Below are positions 38,496 through 50,531 of a stretch of DNA of 64,000 nt, piece by piece. Position numbers and translations under genes: made by a program. Below the pieces are notes generated by a model, which saw only the letters and a program-made list of their open reading frames with translations, was not told the origin of the DNA and did not search any database. Source of the DNA: Cyanophora paradoxa CCMP329. Lineage: Eukaryota > Plantae > Glaucophyta. The DNA lies in contig QPMI01000005.1 of the NCBI GenBank assembly GCA_004431415.1, forward strand, positions 1,178,001 to 1,242,000, in the 5' to 3' direction. Position 1 is the first letter of the stretch. Every line of letters begins with the position of its first letter.

Positions 38496-41400
38496 ATGGA
38501 CGCCGACCTTCTGCTGTACGAGCTTCTCGAGGCGGGAGGGGCTCGGCTGCCTGGGTTCGTCCAGCTAGTGATCGTGCTTGATCCGATAGAAGAAGATCGT
38601 GAGAGTTAACCTGCCACGCCCAGGTTCGCTTACGCGGAGTCTTGGAGCCGGCATGGCCCAGCGACCGATTTCACAGCCACTGGGGCTAGCGTCATGGCAG
38701 GAAGGATCAACAAGCAGGCAGCTGAGGAGTTCCGAGCCGCCACGGCGCTGGTGGCTTTGAAAGCCGGGCAGGACGTGGTGAGGTGCTGGGACTACTGCAC
38801 CGAGTGGATCATCGATGTCTCCCTTCTTCCCAATACTATGTTCTATCGGTCTGCTGAGGCGCGGAAAGTCGGACTGCGAACGGCGGTCGCCGTTCCGCTC
38901 ACGATTCTCGGGTGCGTGCTGGCTTGGCCTTCGACAGGTCGCTATTGCCTCATCAACTGCGTGCCGCAGAATGGATGTTCACGCAGTTCTGGTGTACTAC
39001 ATGGACTTGTGCGCCTAGCTCTGAGCTTATCTGACTTGGCCTCACTGACCACACTTTGCCGTTCCGGCCGCAGCGTGCGAGAGCCGTGCGGAGAGGCGGT
39101 CACGGACCTCCATCTTTGTATTGCAGCTGCAGCCGCAAGCTCGCGGATAGCGTCCAGCGGCGTGCACATCCCTAGCCTGCCGCCAGCCGGCCCGGACGCT
39201 CTAGCGGGAGTTCTGTCGCTCACCGTGTTCTCCCGGCCGTGCGTCACCGCTTTGATTCGGCTTAGCTGCGGGCGTTTCCCTGAGTGCTGCGCTCCAGGCC
39301 CGAGTTCAGAAGCGAGGCCGACGTCCGGCTGGTTGCTGAGCACCTCCGCACCGTTCCCGCGATGCGCAAGTACGAGAGGCACCTTGAGGACCTCGCGCGC
39401 GTGTCTACAATAGCCCAGACGAGGCCGGGCGATCTGAGTGCGCCGCCCGCGCCCAGCCGCATGCTCTGCGCCCTCCGACCGGCGTCCGTGCCCGCCAGTT
39501 TTCGAGGAGGGCACCGCCGGCACCGCCGCCTATCTAGTGATCCTGGGATCCGTACGGGTGCGCTGCGCGTTCCCCGGGGGCACGCACTTCGGTTTCCGCG
39601 CCGGCCGCCGCCGACCCCCGCGCCAGTTGACGACCGAGGCGGGCCCCGTGTCCCTGCTCGGCCCCGGCGCCGTCATCGGAGAGAGCGCCTTGCTACAGAC
39701 GCCCGCGCTCCGGTGAGGGCAGGCGGGCGGGCGCCGAGGGGTCCTGGGGCGCGTCGCGCCGACGCTCCGCGCCCGCAGGACGGGCCGCGCGGTGTGCGCG
39801 GAGGCGAGCGCTCTGCTGGTCATCAACCTGTCGTTCGTGCCGCACTTGCGGCGGCCGAACCCGCCGGCGCCGCCGCCGGCGCCGATGTCGGGCTGCAACT
39901 CGCCGGCCATGCCCCTCCCGTACGGCCTCGCCCACCGAGCCGCGAGCAACGCCGCCGCGCGCGCCCGCGGCAACAGCGTCGACCCGGGCAGCGAGGACGG
40001 GGACCGGCTGCCGAACGGCATGCCCCCGCCGCCGCCGTCCCCCATCACCAGCCCCGCCACGACCCTCTACACCACCGCGGACGGCCGCACGCTCGCCGAG
40101 GCGCTCCCCGGAGTCTTCGGCGCGTCGCCCGATGAAGTTTCCGAGTACAGCCGGCGCTGGTCCATGCCGGCCGGCAGCAGCAAGATCCTGGCCGCAGCGC
40201 AGCAGGCGGCGGCGGCCGCGGCCGCCGAGGCCGCAGCCGCCGCGCTCAAGGCGGCGTACCTTTCGGGATCGAAGCGGCACACGCGGCCGCCGTCGATGAC
40301 CGAGATGACGGTGCAGGCTGTGCCCCCCGGCGACCCGGCCGAGCCGCACTCGCACCGGCGGCGCCTCACCTGCCACCTCCCCGTCCTCTCCCTCCCGTCC
40401 CCGACCGTCCCGACTACCGGCGAGGACCGGGCGCGCGCCCTCGCCGCCGCCCTCTCCGGCCAGGGCCTGATGCAGCGCGGCGGCGGCGGCGGCGGCGTCG
40501 GCAGCGGCGAGAGCTCCCCGACGCACGCCCAGGCCGGGGCGTCCTCCTCCTCCACTTCCTCCCACCTCCTGCCCCTGCTCCGCGGCGGCCGCGTGCCCCC
40601 CCCGGTTGCGGTCCCCAACTTCGCGGTGCAGCCGCCCTCGGTCATCTTCGACGGGGCGGGCCCCTCGGCGCCCCCGCCCCGCACCACGTCGCCCCTCACT
40701 TCCGCCTCTTCCCCATCCTCTGTGGACGGCGGCGCTGGGGAGGGAGCCGCGGGGATGGCGAGCCTGACGCCGCCGCTGGGTTCTGGATCCTTCGGGCGGC
40801 GGGGCCAGCTGCCGGGCGCGCAGGGCTCGTTCCACAGCTTCCGGTCCAACTCGCTGGCCCCGTCGGACGTCTCGAGCGCCTGCGACGACTCGCACACTGG
40901 CGGCGAGGACGAGGACGGCGACGACGAGGAGGACGGGGGCCAGGGCGAGGGGTCCCACCCCACGGGCAGCCCCGAGCTCCACCCGGGCCTCGCCTCCGAG
41001 CGGCGCGGCTCCATCAGCAACTTCGGCGGGCTGGCCCTCGGGGGCGGGGGCGGGGGCGGGGCGGACGGGGCGGTCGCCCCCTCCTCGAGCTGGCCCCCGC
41101 CCGGCGCGCGCTTCGTCGGGCGCGGCAAGATCTCCTACCCCGGCCAGAAGCCACGCCAGCTCCGCCAGAAGGACATCAGCTACGAGATGCTCTCCGGTTC
41201 GAATCCCCGACGATCCCGTTTTGCCCGCTCGCCTCTCTGCTTCCCTCCCGCTCCCTGACCGGGCCGGCCCCTTCGTCGCTCAGCGTGGTTCCACGTGCCT
41301 CTCAAGGTGGCTGCCCAGCACATCGGGCTATCCACGACCACCATCAAGAAGATCTGTCGTAAGATGGGCATAAAGAACTGGTGCGATCCACTCGTTTCCT

Positions 41401-41967
41401 TCGTCTGTGTTGTGTGTCCCACTCTAGCGTTGACTCTTCTGCGTGTCGCAGGCCGTTCCGGCAGCTCGTCTTCTCGACCGGCGACAGCAGCCGGGCCGCC
41501 GCCGTCGCGGCGGCCGCCGCGCGCGGGCGGGCGGAGGCGAGGGCCCTTTGCGAGGGCCGCTCGCGTTCGCCTTCGAACTCCCCGTCGCCCTCGCCGCCGC
41601 CGGCGGCTGCGGGCGGCCCCGGCCGGCCTTCAACGCCGAGCTGGGCCCCGGCGGCGTCGTCCGCGTGACGGCGCCAGCGCCCGGGATCCTGACGCGCCGC
41701 CCTCGAGGGGAGAGGTCCTCAACGCGAGCCCGCCCCTGAACGTGCCCGTACCCAGGCGGGAGGCGCCGCACCTTCAGCAGCACCTCCCGACGTCCCCCGA
41801 GTGCGACGAGGAGGCCGACGATGACGACGCGCCGGCGCCCCCGCCCCAGGGCCGCCCGGCGGCGGCGGCCGCCGCCGCCGCGCAGGCGCAGGCTGCGATG
41901 GCAGCGCGACTGGAGGCGGCGCGGGTCGCCGCGGCGCAGGCATCGGCGGCGCAGGCTGCCGCTGCAC

Positions 41968-41998
<31 letters not shown>

Positions 41999-42404
41999 CG
42001 GCGGCGGCGGGCCCCCGCCCATCCTGGCGCCATCCAGTCTCGAATTCGCGCTGGCGGGACTCCCGGGCCCCGACGGCGGCGGCGTGACGCCCCGGACCCT
42101 CGCGGCCGTCGGCGGCCTCGGCCCGCTCAACGCGGCGGGCGCCGTCGTCGGCGGGGCCGACATGGACCAGCTGCTCTTCGGCCTGTCGGACCCGTACGTC
42201 GACCTTGCCGACGTCCTCAGCGCTACGTTCGCGGCTGCTCCCGCCCTCGGCGCCACGCCGCGCGCCTCCCCGCTCCCCGGCTCCGCCCCCTTCCCCTTCC
42301 CCCTCTCCTACCCCGTGACGCCCTCCGGCGGGACGCCCCGTGACGGGGCCGCCCAGCCATCCCTCCCCACCCCCTCGGGTTTCACGGAAACCATGTGGGA
42401 CTGA
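38496..42404 (+). CDS. RWP-RK transcription factor with N-terminal NLP/NIN-type GAF-like domain and cyclic-nucleotide-binding domain
   Basis: GAF-like region FAYAESW...GQDVVRCWDYCTEWIIDVSLLPNTMFYRSAEARKVGLRTAVAVPL...VLVYY. cNMP domain FEEGTAGTAAYLVILGSVRV...LLGPGAVIGESALLQTPALR|TGRAVCAEASALLVI (39500-39830). RWP-RK domain DISYEMLS|AWFHVPLKVAAQHIGLSTTTIKKICRKMGIKNW|PFRQ (41172-41465). A short final intron at ~41665-41708 joins to the stop at 42404. Confidence 0.85.
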
Positions 42405-43067
42405 CCTCTTTCCTTCCTTCCTATGTCAACGTACCCCCGTAGTGAGACGCGCAGGCCATTACAGAGCAGTACCCCTCGGAAGAGACGTTCAGCCCCCCCT
42501 CTCCCCCTCCTTTGAGCTGTTTTTATTGTGTATTTCCCTCCCACTTACCGCTCCGCGTAGTAGCCTTTTCATGGGATCCGCAGAGCACGCCGGACAGAGC
42601 TGTGGCACGACGAGGCTTGGCTTGCCGCGCCGCGCCCTGTCCTTTAGTTCGGATCCGTTCGCCCTTTTCCCAGCTTCGCTCTTTAGACCTTGTTGGCTGC
42701 TGCCAATGTTTTGACAATTGCAGATAGGCTCTATTTTCAACACGCATGTACACGTCTGATAGGTAAAGGCTCGTTATTCTAGCGAGTGGAAGGAAGATTC
42801 ATTGAGGAATACGTATAGCAAATGAATGAACGCCAAGCCTTCAAGCTTGTATTCGCGCGACCCGGCGGCGCCGCATGCCGGCCGGGCGCCGCAGCTCGAG
42901 CTCCCTTCAGCTGCATGCGCATGTGCACAGTGCGCCGCCGCAGTGCCGCAGTGCATGCACGCGCGTCGCAGCGGCCGTTGCCAAGTTGTCACGCCGTGAT
43001 GCGTATTTACATACGACGTACCGCGCTGTGCAGCTGATGTAACAGACTACACACACCGTGACGGTAG

Positions 43068-44221
43068 CTAGTCCTTGTGGCGGTCCTTCTTCTTCTTCTT
43101 TTTGGAGTGCCTCCGCTCGTCGTCGCTCCCGCTGTCGCTCTCGCTCTCGCTGCTGGAGGACGAGGAGGACGAGGAGCTGCCGCTCTTCCGCTTCTTCTTC
43201 GACGACGACGACTCGCCCTTCTCCTTCTCCTCCTTTCTCCTCTTTCTCTTCTCCTCCTTCCTCCGCTTCTTCTCCTCCTGCGGACGATGGCGGCTTCTTA
43301 GCAGAGACGCCCGGGCCCCGCCCGAGTCGAAGGCGGACCTTCTTTAACCGCTTCTTCTCTTTCTTCTTGGCCTTCTTCTCCTTCCGTTCCCGCTCCTCCA
43401 TCTCCAGCAGCGACTGGAGCTGCTTCTTGCTGCGGCGCGGATCAAATCTCAACGAGGGCCGCGGGGCGCGCGAATTGCTCTCCGGCGGACTCACCGCTCC
43501 TCCACGGCCTCCTTTACCTTGTCGTTCTGCACATAGCCAGCCATGGGGTCGCCGGCTGCCTTCAGCAGATCCTCAGCCTTGCCGCCGGACAGGAACAGTG
43601 GGCAGTCCTTGTCGCCCGTGCGGTGCCCATACGCCTTGCATCTGCAGATTCAACATGTTCAGACCCGATTCAGACGCGAGCGCGTCGCGCGGACCTCCAG
43701 CACTGCATGACCTTGACCTCCACCCCGAGCGGCATCCACAACCCCTTCGTCGGCGCCTGCACCCGCGCAGTTCAGCCGCTATTGCCGCCAGAAAGAAGCA
43801 AAGCGAAGAGGCAGGCTCGCCTTCGCGAGGAACTCCCGGGCCTTCGCGTTCTCGGGCCTGGCGGAGCGAGCGTGAGAGGGGAGCTCGAGCTCGGTCGCGC
43901 GCCGCGTCGCACAGGTCCGGGATGGCATCCTCAGGTCGTGGCTCCTTCTTCTCCACGACAGGCGGAGGTTCATAGAGCCAGCCGGTCTTGTTGGCGCGCG
44001 CTGCGACAGGCTTGAGCTCGCAAGCGAAAGCAATGATGCACGCTATCGAGCCGACGCATTTCGCTTACGTAGCCGATCGCACCTTCCAAAACCTTGCTGT
44101 CCTCGGGGTTCCAAGAGCCCTTGTCGCTGCGGTCCTTGTCTGAGTCGGCGCCGGCGCATCCGCTCGCTCGTCCATCGTCGCGCCTTTCACTCTGCGCATC
44201 GCTTGACCTGTCGCCTCCCAT
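43068..44221 (-). CDS. RP9: RP9 / PAP-1 homolog (CCHC zinc knuckle, splicing-associated)
   Basis: Spliced YEPPP...PEDAIPDL|PENAKAREFLAK|APTKGLWMPLGVEVKVMQCWR|CKAYGHRTGDKDCP matches the conserved RP9 core, followed by a Lys/Ser-rich tail. Confidence 0.9.
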
Positions 44222-44399
44222 GGTCTGACCTCGAGGGCCGGCGCTGCGGCGAAGCGCCTACTTGTGAATGGGCTACTGCAAGTTCTTGCACTAGCTCCTG
44301 CTTGCACTAGCTCCTGCGGGCTTTGCGACGGCTGTATACAGGATTGCGGAGCGTGCCCGAATAACGGGGTACAGGTCCGCAGGGTTGTCACAAGAGGAT

Positions 44400-47300
44400 A
44401 TGGGCGCCGGAGCTGCACGGGTGCGATGCGCATGGCTTCTAGTGCGCTTTCATTGCTGACCCACGCAGCCGGCGTTCCAGCCGCTCGTGCCGCCCGCCAA
44501 GGAACCGCCAAGGGCAGCCGACGAGCTTAGCGGCGCGGGCCGTGCGCAAGAATCCAGTAGGGCAGGCCGCAGCGCAGGCCAAGAAGGGGCCCCGCCGCAG
44601 CGTAGGCCGCGCAGCCTATGGTGCTGCGGCCGCCCCCCGGCTGTGCGCCCCGTGGAGTCCCTTCCTCCCACACCGCTGCATCCGGTCAAGCTGCCAGCTT
44701 GGAAGGCCAATGACGAGGCCCACGCCCTGGAGCTGCCCTCCGAAGTCCTCATGCTGGAGAGCGAGCCCGGGAAGAACGCAGCCGCGGCCGCCCCCGCAGG
44801 ATCGGAGAGCAAGCCAGAAGCGCCGCCGTCGCCAACAAAGTGCGCGGCTCTGCTCGACGCGGGCGCCGCACCCCGGGCGTTGGGTTGACTGCGGCCGCCG
44901 CGGCGCAGCCCTCCCGCAGTCACGCCGCGCCCCGCCGAGGCGCACAGCCCGCTCCAGAAGGACCTAATGGAGGCCAGGAGAGAGGCTGCCATCGAGAAAG
45001 CCGTCGCTGACTTCGTTCTCGAATACGTTACCGACCGGGCCGCGACGTTACCGATCTCGGACGTGCTGGAAGCTGTGCGCCGGGGCCCGGGACGCGTGCC
45101 GCAGTGCTGCGCTCTAAAGCTAATGCGCTGCTGTATTCAGGCGTGCAAGCAGTGCTGCGCGGCCCTGGGGGCCGACTTCGTCTTTCTGGCCGCGGACCAG
45201 GCCATTCTGGAGACGGATCGGGACAACAGGAACCTCCCCGTCGGCCCTGAGTGCGCCCCTCAAGTAAACTTAAAGACTTGAGTTAAGAATTTAACTGGAT
45301 TTTACCTGAGAAGTTTAAGCTTTCGGCCGCGCACGGCCCACCCGTCTCCGAATGAACGGCTCACTGACTGGATGGCCGCGGCGGCGCAGGATGAAGGTTC
45401 TGGGCTCGCACCGGAGGCGCGCGGAGGGCGCGCCCTCCCCGGAGAAGCAGGCGCCCGTCTCGCCACACACATTCAACGCATCGCGCGAGGGAGACCTGGC
45501 ACACGCCGTCGTCTCCGCCCGGCCCGGCCCGCTCGCCCTCCCCGACCCCGCAGCCCTTCGCCTCGAGTGGCCTCCGTTCCTGGGCTCCCAGGCCTCGGCC
45601 GCCGGCGCCGCGCTCGTACCCACCTCCGCGGCCGGCGGCTCGGCGTGGGGGGTACTCGTCGCGTGCTGGCGGGCCGCGCCCCAGCCCGAGGAACTCAGCT
45701 TCGCCGCCGGCGCCGCCGCGCGCTTCGCGGGCGCAGTACAGTCCGCCGTCGAGCACATCCGATCCGTCCAGGCGCGTATCCGTTTGAAGTCTTCCTCCCC
45801 CCCCCCCAGTATACCCTTTCTAACGTGGTACCCCTGCAGTCCCTGAAGGAGGGGGAGTCCCTCCTCCGGTTCGAGAAGGCGATCGCCGACCGGATCGTTA
45901 ACAGCGTACTCCCCCGCCACGTCGTCACGGAGATGCTCTGCAACCACCGCCCGGTCGCCCGGGTACGCCAATCGCTTTTTTCTCGCCCGTTTCTTTCCGT
46001 TCCCGGATCCGAACCCGCCCCCCCCCCCCCCCCCCCCTCCCTTTCAGGTCTACTCCGGCGTCTCGATCCTGTTTGCGGACATCTGCGGTAACCCCCCCCC
46101 GTTCTACCCGTACCCCGGGAACCCGAACGCCGTACCCCCCGCAGGCTTCACGGCGATGGCGGGCCAGATGGGCGCACCCGAGCTTGTGCAGTTCCTGAAC
46201 GACATGTGCGTACCCCCCTCGTACGGTTCCGCCCCCTTTCTCTCGATCTGATTCGTGCGATCCTGCAGCTTCTCCGCGTTTGACGCAATCGCCCGCTCGA
46301 TCGGCGTCGAGAAGATCAAGTGCGGCCGTACCCCCCTTTCGCCTTGTCCTCCCCCCCCTGACATCTTTCTTCCCCTCGCAGGACCATCGGAGACTGCTAC
46401 AGTGCGCGGCAGCGCCCTTCTCCTCCTCCTTCTCCTCCTCCTCCCCCCGGCCGCCGCGGGCTGAGCCGGGTGCCTTCGCTCGCACGCAGTGTGCGCGGCG
46501 GGGATGGAGGAGGGGGAAGGATCCGCCGCCGCCAACGCGAACCACGCCGCCAACGCAATCGAGATGGGCCTCGGTGGGTACCCCTCTCGCCCATTCAGTT
46601 CTATTCGGTACCCCTCCTGACCGGCCGGCTCCAGGCATGCTTCACGCCGTCGAGCTTTTCAACGCGCACTTCGGCACCACTCTTCAGATGCGAATCGGTA
46701 CCCCCTCTTCCGCACTTCCCCCTACTTTTTTTGGACGCCTTGCAAACGCGGTACCCCCAGGCATCCACTCGGGGAGCGTGGTGGCGGGCGTGATCGGCCA
46801 GACGAAGCTCGCGTACGACCTGTGGTACCCCCCCTTTTCCCGCCCCAACCCCCCTCCCTGCCCCGTACCCCCGCCAAATCTCCCTACCCCTCTCTACAGG
46901 GGGGATACCGTGAACCTGGCGTCGCGAATGGAATCAACGGGGGAGCCGGGCCGCGTCCACGTCAGCGACGCGACCTACCGTGCGCCGCCGAGACTCATAT
47001 CAGATCGCATCTGATCTGATCTGATCTGATATGATATGATATGATCCTATCCGATCCGATCCGATCTGAGCGCCGCGCGCAGGGCTGGCGGAGGGGAAGT
47101 ACCGGTGGGATGCGCCGCGGGAGACGCTGGTCAAGGGCAAGGAGGGGCCCCTGCAGACGTACCTCCTCCTCGGTGCGTGCGGGCGGGCGGCCGGGCGGGC
47201 GCGCAGAGGCGCCCGCGAGCGTCCAGGAGGAGAAGAAGAAGTGCCGGCCCCGCCATCTTGCGGGCGGCCGGGCGGGCGCGCGGGCGAGGCGGGCCGGCGA

Positions 47301-48199
47301 GGCGGGCTGACGAGGCGGGGGCGCCGCCAGCGCCCTAAGCGCGCGCCCCGCCCCGCCATCTTTAACGGGGCGCGCGCGCAGGGCGCGGGGGGGGAGACCA
47401 TCGGGACACGGCCGCCGACTACGGGGACCTCATCATGCGCGCCCTCCGCCGCTCCTCCGACGGCGTCCTCGGTTCGTTCGTTCGTTCTAAGCTTCGTAGC
47501 TTACTTAGCGTGAGGATAGATAAATCTAGTCCTTGGTTCGTTCTAAGCTTCCTAGCTAGCTTAGCTTGGGGATAAACTTGGACGAGCTTCTAAGCAGGTT
47601 GGCTTGGATGGACACTAGTACCTAGTAAACTTGGATAAACCGCGTCGTTCGTTCGTGCCGCGCTGGGCGCCTCCTCAGCATCAAACTAGTGAGCTCTGAA
47701 TTTGGCGAATCAAATACGTAAGAGGCGGCCGCGGAGCTTTCTGGTTGCGCCGTCCTCCCGCTTCTCCATCCTTCCCTCCCCACCCACCCCTCTGTAGCTT
47801 GTAGCCCCGCTCCCGCTTCGCCCCTGCCTGACTTCGCCCTCGTTCGCTTCGTTCGCAGAGATGATCCGGCGCTCGAGCACCATCAGCGCCGGGGGGGGGA
47901 AGGGGACCGCGTCGCGCCCCGCGAGCCGCCCGCGCATCCTGCCCATCCGCGGGGGGCCCCCCGGCAGCCGGACCTTCCAGGTCAAGCCGCCCTCGCAGCC
48001 GTCTGGCTTCGAGTCCTCCAAGTCCATGCCGGCGACGCGCGACGCCTCCCCCGCCGGCTCACCTGAGCGGGGTCCGTCCCCCGTGTCCCCCTCGTCCGGC
48101 TTCTTCCCCCGGGCGGGGAGCGCCCCCGCCCTGGCCGATGTGGCCGAGGAAGAGGTTCGCGGCGCCGGCGCCGGCGCCGCGGGGGTTGCGGGGGCTTAG
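44400..48199 (+). CDS. Class III nucleotide cyclase with adenylyl-type residues and an upstream GAF-like domain; no TM helix seen
   Basis: Catalytic motifs are VSILFADIC|GFT, EKIK|TIGDCY, MRI|[22 protein letters not shown]|[14 protein letters not shown] and VKGK. Lys in KIKTIG and Asp in YDLWG indicate ATP specificity. The GAF-like region is [11 protein letters not shown]...ALVPT...WGVLVACWR, followed by the linker [14 protein letters not shown]. The N-terminus is MGAGAAR|P. Confidence 0.9.
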
Positions 48200-48722
48200 T
48201 GGCGGGCTGGCGCCCAGCCCTTGCTCTTTTCTTTGAAGAGAGGTATTTGCTTCTCCTTTCTTTATGTATAGCGTCGTTGCTTAGTGGCAACTTATTTGTT
48301 TACGTAGTCGCCATGCCCCTTTCTCTGCTTCACAGTATCCAGCTGCAGTACTTCGGCCACTACTCCAGGGGCGTGGGCTGCCATAGCCAGTCTCATGATC
48401 ATATATAATCCGATGATCTAGACGGCGCGCATTCCCGCCGGGCCCGGCCGGGTAGCTTAGGCTTCCGTATAGTATGCGCACCGGCCCCAGCCGGCCCGGG
48501 GGGCCAGTTGCGCAAGTTGGGCCGGGGCGGATCAAATTCAATCTCGAATGGGAACAACCGGGAGTCGAAGCACTGGCGAGTTTCCACGAGCGCACTGCAT
48601 GCGGCACATTGAAGCGGTTCAACGGTTACAGTATAGCTAGCTATAGCGCGAGCGTCACACCCAACGTACCGAGCAGCTGGCGTCCTCGCAGCGGTCGCAG
48701 CGATCGCGCTTTGACCTTTGAA

Positions 48723-48977
48723 ATGGCTAAGCGAACAGCAAAGCGCGCGCGTCTACGTACGGAGGCGTCGTTGTCCCCGGCCAGCTCTCGTAGCAAATGT
48801 ACAGCAGCAGGTTCTTCTTCAGCTGCTGCAGCGGAGGCGGGCGCGAGCCCGCGGCGCTGCGCATGCTGCCACGACGGGGTGGCGCTGCTGGCGCGGCTGC
48901 CGAACGAGGTGCGGCGCATCCTTATAGTCATGATCAGCGAGCTGGCCAGAGGCGACAGAGGCGACAGATGTCGCTGA
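48723..48977 (+). pseudogene. Truncated F-box gene 5' fragment
   Basis: MAKRTAKRAR...LLARLPNEVRRIL resembles the start of the F-box gene at 36070, but no LRR continuation follows. Confidence 0.35.
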
Positions 48978-49371
48978 AGGGCTCGATTTCGTACAAGAAC
49001 AACAACGTCAATGTCGTGCACCTCGACGCAGGGACCGACATGAGGCTGGCGCGCGTGAACGTGAACGTTGCCCGCATCTACTTTGTCTCGCGCGCGACCG
49101 GGCAGCCTGTCGGTGTGCCCGCCGGCGTGCACGTCGTCCAGGCGGATGGACAGGAGATCGCGGAGTTCCCGGCGGGTGCATTCTTGATCGTCTGGGTGCG
49201 TGCACCCTACGCATGGCGATTGCGCTCTGCCTGCGCGCTCTCCGCTGACCCACTGCACAGACCAACGACTTCAAGGTCATGCGGGGCGACGAGGTCCTAG
49301 TGCAGCTCACGCGGCAGATCCAGCAGTCCATCGACACGGACCTCGAGACCGATCTCATTAAGCAGGGGTAG
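48968..49371 (+). CDS. Small hypothetical protein of about 112 aa, two exons
   Basis: MSLKGSISYKNNNVNVVHLDAG...GAFLIVW|TNDFKVMRGDEVLVQLTRQIQQSIDTDLETDLIKQG, with a canonical GTGCG...CTGAC...CAG intron and strong GC3 bias. Confidence 0.55.
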
Positions 49372-50012
49372 CGGGCTTTGTGCGGTGCGCGCGCGAGCGT
49401 ACCTCGCGGCACGCAGACCGTCGGACCCTGATTGTGGTGTCTCGGCGCAGATGCAGCCAGCTTCAGATTGCTTCATTCGAGTCAGAGCTGACCAAGACAA
49501 TTTCTACGTGCTCGGCCACGCGTTCTCGCCCGGCGAGGCTGGGTGGGTGAGGCTGGGTGCGGCCCAGCAGACCCTGAGGAGTCAGTGGCTCCTCGCTTCT
49601 AGTTTTTTAGGGGTATAGCACAGGAGCCGCGCTGGCCAGCACTCCCGGCCCCTTCCCCTCCCAGCATATGAATTCGCACACACCGAGACAAATGGCTAGG
49701 GATATAACTGAGGTGTCCATCTGTGTCAAGTCGAGAGATGAACCTACGGGACGTCGACTAGGCCTTTCGGACATCGCCGAGTCGGACCGGGTGGAGCTCG
49801 CGGCCCCTTCCCCTCACTCCCTCCAGCGCCATCCTCCCTACACCCCCTCCTCTAGCTCTGCGGTCCGACGGTCCCGGCTCTCCTGTCCCCCTACGCTGCC
49901 CTGCCATCGGGCCCCTCTGTGCATGTATCCCAGTGTGGACCGCCGGGCGCCTCCTGTACTCCCACGTGCTCGGCCTCCAGAACCCTTAAGCTTTATATAA
50001 TTAAGGCTTCTT

Positions 50013-50105
50013 GGTCGCTGATCGGGCCATTCGAATTCTGGAGACGCATCTGGACAACAGGAACCTGCCCGTCGGCCGGACTCGGGAGTGCGCACCGAAA
50101 GTTAG
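50013..50105 (+). pseudogene. Diverged relic copy of a cyclase-gene exon end
   Basis: [28 protein letters not shown] versus the cyclase exon [24 protein letters not shown] (45190-45265). DNA similarity is evident. Confidence 0.7.
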
Positions 50106-50531
50106 GCTTCCTATCTGCCGCCAGTGCATCATGGCATGCACAGATCTAGACCCCTGCAGCGCAAGCGCAACGGTCTCTGCATTTGCCATGGGCGCCCGGC
50201 ACCGTTGGCAGCTAGCTCTGTAGCCTGATAGCTATAGATGGCAGGGCAGGTGTGAAGCTAATTAGGGGCCGGACACTCCGAGAGGCTCCCTACTTAGTGA
50301 CTAAGGCTAGCCTGGCCCAGGCAACACCAATCATTGAATGGGGGCTACAGCCCTGGCAGGCGGGGCCGGACGCGGCCCGGCCTAGCCTCAGAAGCGCGAG
50401 GGCACTCCGAGATCGACCCGCGCGGAAACAAAGCAACGGAAAGATATTAACATTACGAGACCGAGACTGCATTATAGAACGAGCAGCCCCCGCCACTCTC
50501 TAGAGAACTAAGGCACGTGGATCAAATCTAT

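Noticed and set aside
21145-41210. tRNA T-arm/B-box-like GGTTCGAATCC motifs at ~21150, ~28668, ~29462 and ~41196
   Set aside because: No cloverleaf or A-box context. They lie in introns or form the GT donor itself, and TTCGAA is a common filler motif here.
13685-47070. (AGATC)n, (ATCTG)n, (TTCGAA)n and (AAAGG)n tracts at ~13690, ~21985, ~30110, ~31015 and ~47000
   Set aside because: These are ordinary intronic microsatellites.
46040-47170. Guanylyl cyclase assignment for the cyclase domain
   Set aside because: The specificity residues are K (KIKTIG) and D (YDLWG), not E and C.
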